Source: Spirochaetia bacterium
GTDB taxonomy: Bacteria; Spirochaetota; Spirochaetia; SZUA-6; Bin103
Assembly (NCBI GenBank): GCA_965203905.1
Contig: CBDBDQ010000005.1
Coordinates: 864,001 to 928,000, forward strand
Direction: 5' to 3'
DNA: 64,000 nt
The notes under the pieces were generated by a model. That model searched no databases, had not been told where the DNA came from, and was given only the letters and a program-made list of their open reading frames with translations. The position numbers and the translations under genes are program-made. Within the stretch, counting starts at the first letter, position 1. Every line of letters begins with the position of its first letter. This document shows, piece by piece, positions 60,176 to 64,000 of this stretch.

Positions 60176-61900
60176 TTACTGGCTGGTGAACCACTCGTTC
60201 ACGTCTTCGGTGATCTCCGTGCCGCCGAGGTCGTGCCACTGCTGCACGAACTCGTCGAAGGCGTCCAGCTCCAGGTCGCCGATGATGATCTTGATGAGGG
60301 TCTCCTCCTGCAGCGAGGTGAGCGTGGGCCACTTGGTGGTCATGGTCTCGGACGGCACCCCGAGGAACGCCTCCGGCAGGAAGCGACCCTGCTCGATGAG
60401 CTGGTGCATGCCGGCCTGGGACACCTCGCCCGGCTTCCCGGGCATGAAGATGCGCGCCCAGCCCCAGTCCTCGCGCTTGCCGCCCAGGTAGCTGACCACG
60501 AAGTTGTACATGTCGACCACCTCGCCGAACTCGTGGCCGTGTTTCTTCATTGCCTCCTGGATCGAGATGTTCTCGTGGTACGCGGTCGAAATGGTGAGCT
60601 GGGTGTTGAAGTTCATCCCCGGCTTGTTGACGTCGATCGGCGACAACAGCCATGCCTGCCAGGTGCCTCCCTCCTTGGAGGGCGGATACGCCATGGTCGA
60701 GGACTCCAGGGCGTACATGTCCCAGTAGCCGTTGAGGATCTTCATGAGTGCCTCGGGATAGGCGAACTCGTTGTTGACCACGAAGTAGCCGGAGTGGCCC
60801 ACCGTCGAGGAGAAGCGCACGGTCTGGTCGTCGGACGACGGCACCATCAGCGGCAGCCAGTCGACCTCGGGCGCGTCGCGCACCGTGTCCAACAGCGGCC
60901 ACAGCGGGTTCCACTGGGCGCCGAACTCCATGCCCACGCGCCCGGAGATCACCTCCTCGGGCAGCTTGTCGCCGACCCGGGTACCGAATTCCTGGTCGAT
61001 GATCCCCTCCGCGTAGAGTTGGCGCATCAGGGACAGGGGCTTCTTCATCTCCGGCTGCACGCTGCCGTATACCAGCTTGCCGTCCTTCTCGATCCAGATG
61101 TCCGGGTAGGCGTGGTAGGCGTTGAACAGCAGCGTCGCGTCCGCCACGCCGCCGTAGAACAGCCGCTTCTGCATCAGCAGGCCGTAGGTGTCGTCCTTGC
61201 CGTTCTGATCCGGGTCGTCGAAGGTGAAGGCGCGCGCCATGGCGATCACGTCGTCGAAGGTCTGCGGCGCCGAGAGGTTCAGGTTCTGCATCCAGTCCTG
61301 GCGCGCCCAGATGAACACCGCGCGGCCCTCGCCGGCGAACTCCCATACCCGCGGCAGGGCGTAGAGCTGGCCGTCGAAGGTCACCGACTTGAAGGTCGCC
61401 TCCGGCTCATGCTGGTAGACGTCGTTGATCAGCCGCTCCGAGGCGTAGGCGGGGTAGACCTCGTCCAGCGGCTGCAGCTTGCCCGCCTCGTAGAGCCGCG
61501 CCACGTTGACCGGGGGCTTCTGGTGGTCCAGCTCCAGGATGTCGGGGATGTCGCCGGAGGCCATGCTCAGGTTGAGTTTCTGCTGATACTCCTCCGCGCT
61601 CTTGGCGATCCACAGGTACTTGACGTTGATGCCGAAGCGCTCGCGGTACTGGTCGTTCCACATGTTGTCTTCGAGGGACTGGTCGTTGAGGGTGACCGTC
61701 TTGTGGAATACGTCGCCCACCTGGTTGACGAAGGTAACGTCGATCGGCGGGTCGTACTTGCCGTAGGGTCCCGGTTCCATGGACGACGCGCGGGCCGCGG
61801 CGGCCTCGCCTTCGGCGCCGGCGAACGCCCCCGAAACGAACACCAGCCCGCACAGCAGCACAGCGAGGGTAGCGATGATTCGTTGGTGCACTGAACACAC
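60176..61900 (-). CDS. Extracellular solute-binding protein (LplA-like)
   Basis: Signal peptide ending FAGAEGEAAA; MASGDIPD, DGQLYALP, DPDQNGKDDTYG. Confidence 0.9.
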   Translation of the reverse strand: MCSVHQRIIATLAVLLCGLVFVSGAFAGAEGEAAAARASSMEPGPYGKYDPPIDVTFVNQVGDVFHKTVTLNDQSLEDNMWNDQYRERFGINVKYLWIAKSAEEYQQKLNLSMASGDIPDILELDHQKPPVNVARLYEAGKLQPLDEVYPAYASERLINDVYQHEPEATFKSVTFDGQLYALPRVWEFAGEGRAVFIWARQDWMQNLNLSAPQTFDDVIAMARAFTFDDPDQNGKDDTYGLLMQKRLFYGGVADATLLFNAYHAYPDIWIEKDGKLVYGSVQPEMKKPLSLMRQLYAEGIIDQEFGTRVGDKLPEEVISGRVGMEFGAQWNPLWPLLDTVRDAPEVDWLPLMVPSSDDQTVRFSSTVGHSGYFVVNNEFAYPEALMKILNGYWDMYALESSTMAYPPSKEGGTWQAWLLSPIDVNKPGMNFNTQLTISTAYHENISIQEAMKKHGHEFGEVVDMYNFVVSYLGGKREDWGWARIFMPGKPGEVSQAGMHQLIEQGRFLPEAFLGVPSETMTTKWPTLTSLQEETLIKIIIGDLELDAFDEFVQQWHDLGGTEITEDVNEWFTSQ

Positions 61901-61990
61901 CTCCTTGCGTAGTGCGGCAGTCTCGCCCCGCTCCCTGCCGCTGTCAAGCTGGCCTCCCCGGCGCGCGGTCCCGGCCGGGGGATGTCCTGG

Positions 61991-62677
61991 TCAGTCGTCG
62001 TGGCGCAGGCGCAGCATGCGGTTGCCGCCGCGCTGGAACTCGTAGGGCACCGGCTCAACCGTGACGCAGACCCCCGCCGCCGTGAGCGCTTCCCGCACCC
62101 CGGACACGTGCGGCGACGGCGCTCCTCCCAACTGCAGCAGCGGAAACACGCGCACCTCGGCAGCCACGCGCAGCATCTCGCGCAGTGCCGCGAGGTGGAA
62201 GTCGAGGTCGAACTGGGGGCTGTACAGGAACAGAAAGTGCGAGGACAGGGCAAGCTCGAACGCGGCGTCCGCGAAGGGAAGCACCGGCAGCGCGGCTTCG
62301 ACGTAGCGCCCCGACCGCCGGCCTTCCTCGTAGTCGGCCAGAAACCCGTGCAGCGCCTGCATCCGCCGCCGGCCGAGGTCCTGGAGCGACCGCACGTGGG
62401 TCCAGACGAAGTCATCCCTGTTGGCGCGCATCTGTTTCATCATGGTGGGGAACGTCTCCTGCACCCGCCGTTCGATGGCGGCAGCGGAGAAGCGGTAGAG
62501 CGGATCGACCGAGACCACGCTGCCGCCGCGTGCCGACAGCTCGGCGTTGAAACTCGCCGGACCGTCTCCGCAACCGAGAGTGCGGCGCGCCAGGTCGCCC
62601 TCCGAGAGGGAGAACATCGCCCGGTATTCTTCCAGAGAGCGCCCCCACGGCATTACGCTGTCGATCGAGAACGGCAT
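61991..62677 (-). CDS. SAM-dependent methyltransferase
   Basis: WGRSLEEYRAMF, GCGDGPASF, LALSSHFLFLY, YEFQRG. Confidence 0.85.
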   Translation of the reverse strand: MPFSIDSVMPWGRSLEEYRAMFSLSEGDLARRTLGCGDGPASFNAELSARGGSVVSVDPLYRFSAAAIERRVQETFPTMMKQMRANRDDFVWTHVRSLQDLGRRRMQALHGFLADYEEGRRSGRYVEAALPVLPFADAAFELALSSHFLFLYSPQFDLDFHLAALREMLRVAAEVRVFPLLQLGGAPSPHVSGVREALTAAGVCVTVEPVPYEFQRGGNRMLRLRHDD

Positions 62678-62684
62678 GCGCCAC

Positions 62685-64000
62685 TCAGTTCGTGTAGGGA
62701 ATGGCGCCACCCGCATCGACGGCGTAGCCGTACTGCTCCAGGTAGGCGGCGGCGGGCAGGAAGCGGTCGCCGCGCTGCGCCAGGTGCTGCTGCAGGAGGT
62801 CCTCCAGGTCGCCCCTGAGCCCGCGCCAGTCGCTCTGCCGATAGCGGTTGTGGAGCTGATCCGGATCGGCCGCCATGTCGTAGAGGATGCCGCGCCCGTC
62901 GAGCCAGCGGGCGTAGCTGTAGCGCTCGGCGCGCACGCCGCGCCAGGGAGAGCCCCGGTACTCCGCGAACGGCGCGATGCACATGGTGAGCGCGCTCTCG
63001 TTGCCGGCGAACGGCTCGCCGCGCACCGCGGGGGAGAGGTCGCGGCCCTCGACCGTGGCGGGAATCGGCACCCCGGCCAGCCCCAGGAGCGTGGGCAGGA
63101 TGTCCACCACGTTGAGGGGGAACGAGATGCGGCGGCCGCGGCCGGCCTGTCCGGGACCGCGCAGCAGGAACGGCACCAGGATCGACTCGTCCCACGGGTG
63201 CTGCTTGCGCTGCACCCCCTGCGAGCCGAGCATGTCGCCGTGGTCCGAGGTGTAGACGAAGATGGTGTCGTCCAGCAGCCCCTCGGCGGCGAGGGCCGCT
63301 TCCAGACGGCCGAGATGCTCGTCCAGGGCGGTGACGTGCGCGTAGTAGCCGGCCAGGTCCTCACGCGCCGGGTCGGGGCAGTTGGGGAGCACCTCGACGG
63401 CGGCGGGCGGGTAGCGCTCCAGGTAGCCCGGCGGCAGGTCGCGGTAAGGGTTGTGGGGCGGCCCCCACGACAGCACCAGGGCGAACGGCCGGTCGCGGTC
63501 GCGCGCCTTGAGGTAGTCGATCGCCATGCCGGTCTGCGCCGCCGCGTCGTAGCCGTCCCAGTAGAGCGGTTCGGGCGTGTCGCGGTAGTAGAGCGAGCTG
63601 AGGTAGTCGTGGGTGCAGTTGCCCACCGCCCAGAACTGGAACCCCTGGCGGCGCGGTCCGGGCGGCGTGAACGCGGCGCGCCGGTTGCCGTCCAGGTGCC
63701 ATTTGCCGATGTAGGCGGTGGCGTAGCCGGCCGCACCGAGGATGGTGCCCAGCGTGGGCCGATCGGTGGGCAGCCGCAGGTCGTTGAGGAACAGCCCGTT
63801 GCGCAACGGGTACTGGCCGGTGAGCAGCGCCGCCCGCCACGGCGTGCACACCGGGATGTTGGACACCGCCGTGTCGAACACCACCCCCTCGAACGCCATC
63901 CGGTCCATCACCGGGGTGTGCACCCGCGCGCCGCCGAAGCCGGTGGTGCGAGCCCGATGCTGGTCGGAAAACACGAATACGATGTTGGGCCGACGCCCGC
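62685..64000 (-). CDS. Sulfatase; 5' end lies beyond the window
   Basis: RPNIVFVFSDQHR, CTPWRAALLTG (CxPxR), GKWH, SDHG. Confidence 0.93.
   Translation of the reverse strand, partial: GRRPNIVFVFSDQHRARTTGFGGARVHTPVMDRMAFEGVVFDTAVSNIPVCTPWRAALLTGQYPLRNGLFLNDLRLPTDRPTLGTILGAAGYATAYIGKWHLDGNRRAAFTPPGPRRQGFQFWAVGNCTHDYLSSLYYRDTPEPLYWDGYDAAAQTGMAIDYLKARDRDRPFALVLSWGPPHNPYRDLPPGYLERYPPAAVEVLPNCPDPAREDLAGYYAHVTALDEHLGRLEAALAAEGLLDDTIFVYTSDHGDMLGSQGVQRKQHPWDESILVPFLLRGPGQAGRGRRISFPLNVVDILPTLLGLAGVPIPATVEGRDLSPAVRGEPFAGNESALTMCIAPFAEYRGSPWRGVRAERYSYARWLDGRGILYDMAADPDQLHNRYRQSDWRGLRGDLEDLLQQHLAQRGDRFLPAAAYLEQYGYAVDAGGAIPYTN

Noticed and set aside
128-61900. All three ABC importer clusters lack ATPase genes within the window
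   Set aside because: Shared ATPases encoded elsewhere are common, and the first cluster lies at the window edge.
2542-63849. Many long Arg/Gly/Ala-rich alternative-frame and antisense ORFs (for example 4561-6906, 8598-10340, 33905-35638, 42863-44629, 58267-60189)
   Set aside because: Shadow ORFs of high-GC genes; they carry no motifs and overlap well-supported CDSs.

Overview
High-GC bacterial chromosome segment. A carbohydrate-uptake and catabolism backbone (one family-5 and two CUT1 ABC importers, GH3, three BNR/sialidase-like proteins, FG-GAP/CRTAC1 propellers, sulfatase, enolase-superfamily enzyme, PhyH) is interrupted by lower-GC accessory inserts rich in defence and toxin-antitoxin genes. 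The inserts include a six-gene BREX type-1-like locus with split pglX, an AbiE pair, several TA modules with truncated toxins, a restriction-modification remnant and a decayed IS. There are two main candidates for novelty. (1) A translationally coupled three-gene operon next to BREX (35.6-39.8 kb) encoding an SMC-like/TrlF-type ABC ATPase, a soluble HEAT-repeat histidine kinase and a receiver domain fused to an APH-like kinase; this may be a phosphorelay-controlled defence system. (2) A recurring pattern in which accessory cargo sits between an intact host gene and a degenerate direct-repeat copy of its 3' part, always downstream, with no integrase in the window. All family assignments come from motif recognition, not database searches.
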